From positions 1-37,133 of the forward strand of contig JTLS01000053.1 of NCBI GenBank assembly GCA_000826855.1: a stretch of DNA of 37,133 bases, read 5' to 3'. Below the pieces are notes generated by a model. That model had not been told where the DNA came from and ran no database searches. It worked only from the letters and a program-made list of their open reading frames with translations. This document shows positions 36,931-37,133 of this stretch, piece by piece (the stretch's first letter is position 1; each line of letters begins with the position of its first letter). The DNA comes from Basidioascus undulatus. Its lineage: Eukaryota. The position numbers were made by a program, and so were the translations under genes.

Positions 36931-37133
36931 TTACTCTTGTGCGGATTTGTCCGCCTCCTCCTTGGTCTTCTCGTGCCGGACACCCGCCTGGTTCTGGCTC
37001 TGGCTCTTCTCCTTCTCTGTTCCCATCAAACCCTCAAAAGGTCAGCTTCCTGGCGCGCAAGAAGAACGAGGACCCGAAACGCACGGCTCTCCTCCTTCTT
37101 CTCCTCCTCCTCCTTCGCGCGCTCCTCCTCCCA
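36931..37133 (-). CDS. 3' end of a gene continuing beyond the window (Glu/Lys-rich C-terminus)
   Basis: WEEERAKEEEEKKEES, then intron 37084-37017 (GTGCGT..GCTGAC..ACAG), then QKEKSQSQNQAGVRHEKTKEEADKSAQE-TAA. Confidence 0.75.

Noticed and set aside
1..37133. CRISPR array or intact transposon
   Set aside because: Eukaryotic DNA with no regularly spaced repeats and no transposase/RT ORF or terminal repeats seen by eye.

Overview
Intron-rich fungal nuclear DNA, almost certainly basidiomycete (short GT-AG introns with GTGCGT/GTCCGT/GTGAGT donors and CTGAC branch sites; the snoRNA guide matches the 18S variant ATACCGTTGTAGT, recalled as typical of basidiomycetes). Genes were rebuilt by hand across introns, so most ORFs in the supplied track are not real proteins. 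Apparently intact genes: an unknown protein (5' partial), HNT1, an isochorismatase-family hydrolase, glycerol-3-phosphate acyltransferase (GPT2/SCT1 type), a Nur1/Mug154 (DUF2418) protein, FBP1, and the 3' end of a charged protein. RNA genes: tRNA-Leu(CAG) with an atypical structure, intron-containing tRNA-Ser(GCT), and an snR79-like box C/D snoRNA in the intron of an apparently non-coding host. Between these lie islands of decaying genes: a kinase/AAA/GAF hybrid histidine kinase, a sugar porter + KduD-like SDR + Zn2Cys6 transcription factor trio in which the transporter is broken by a ~0.9 kb inversion, an F-box-like gene and unidentified relics. The strongest leads are the second snoRNA guide, the odd tRNA-Leu, tandem tRNA-Ser-derived repeats, the inversion-disrupted cluster and the intron-split FBP1 start codon. 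No database searches were run; family calls rest on motif recognition from memory.
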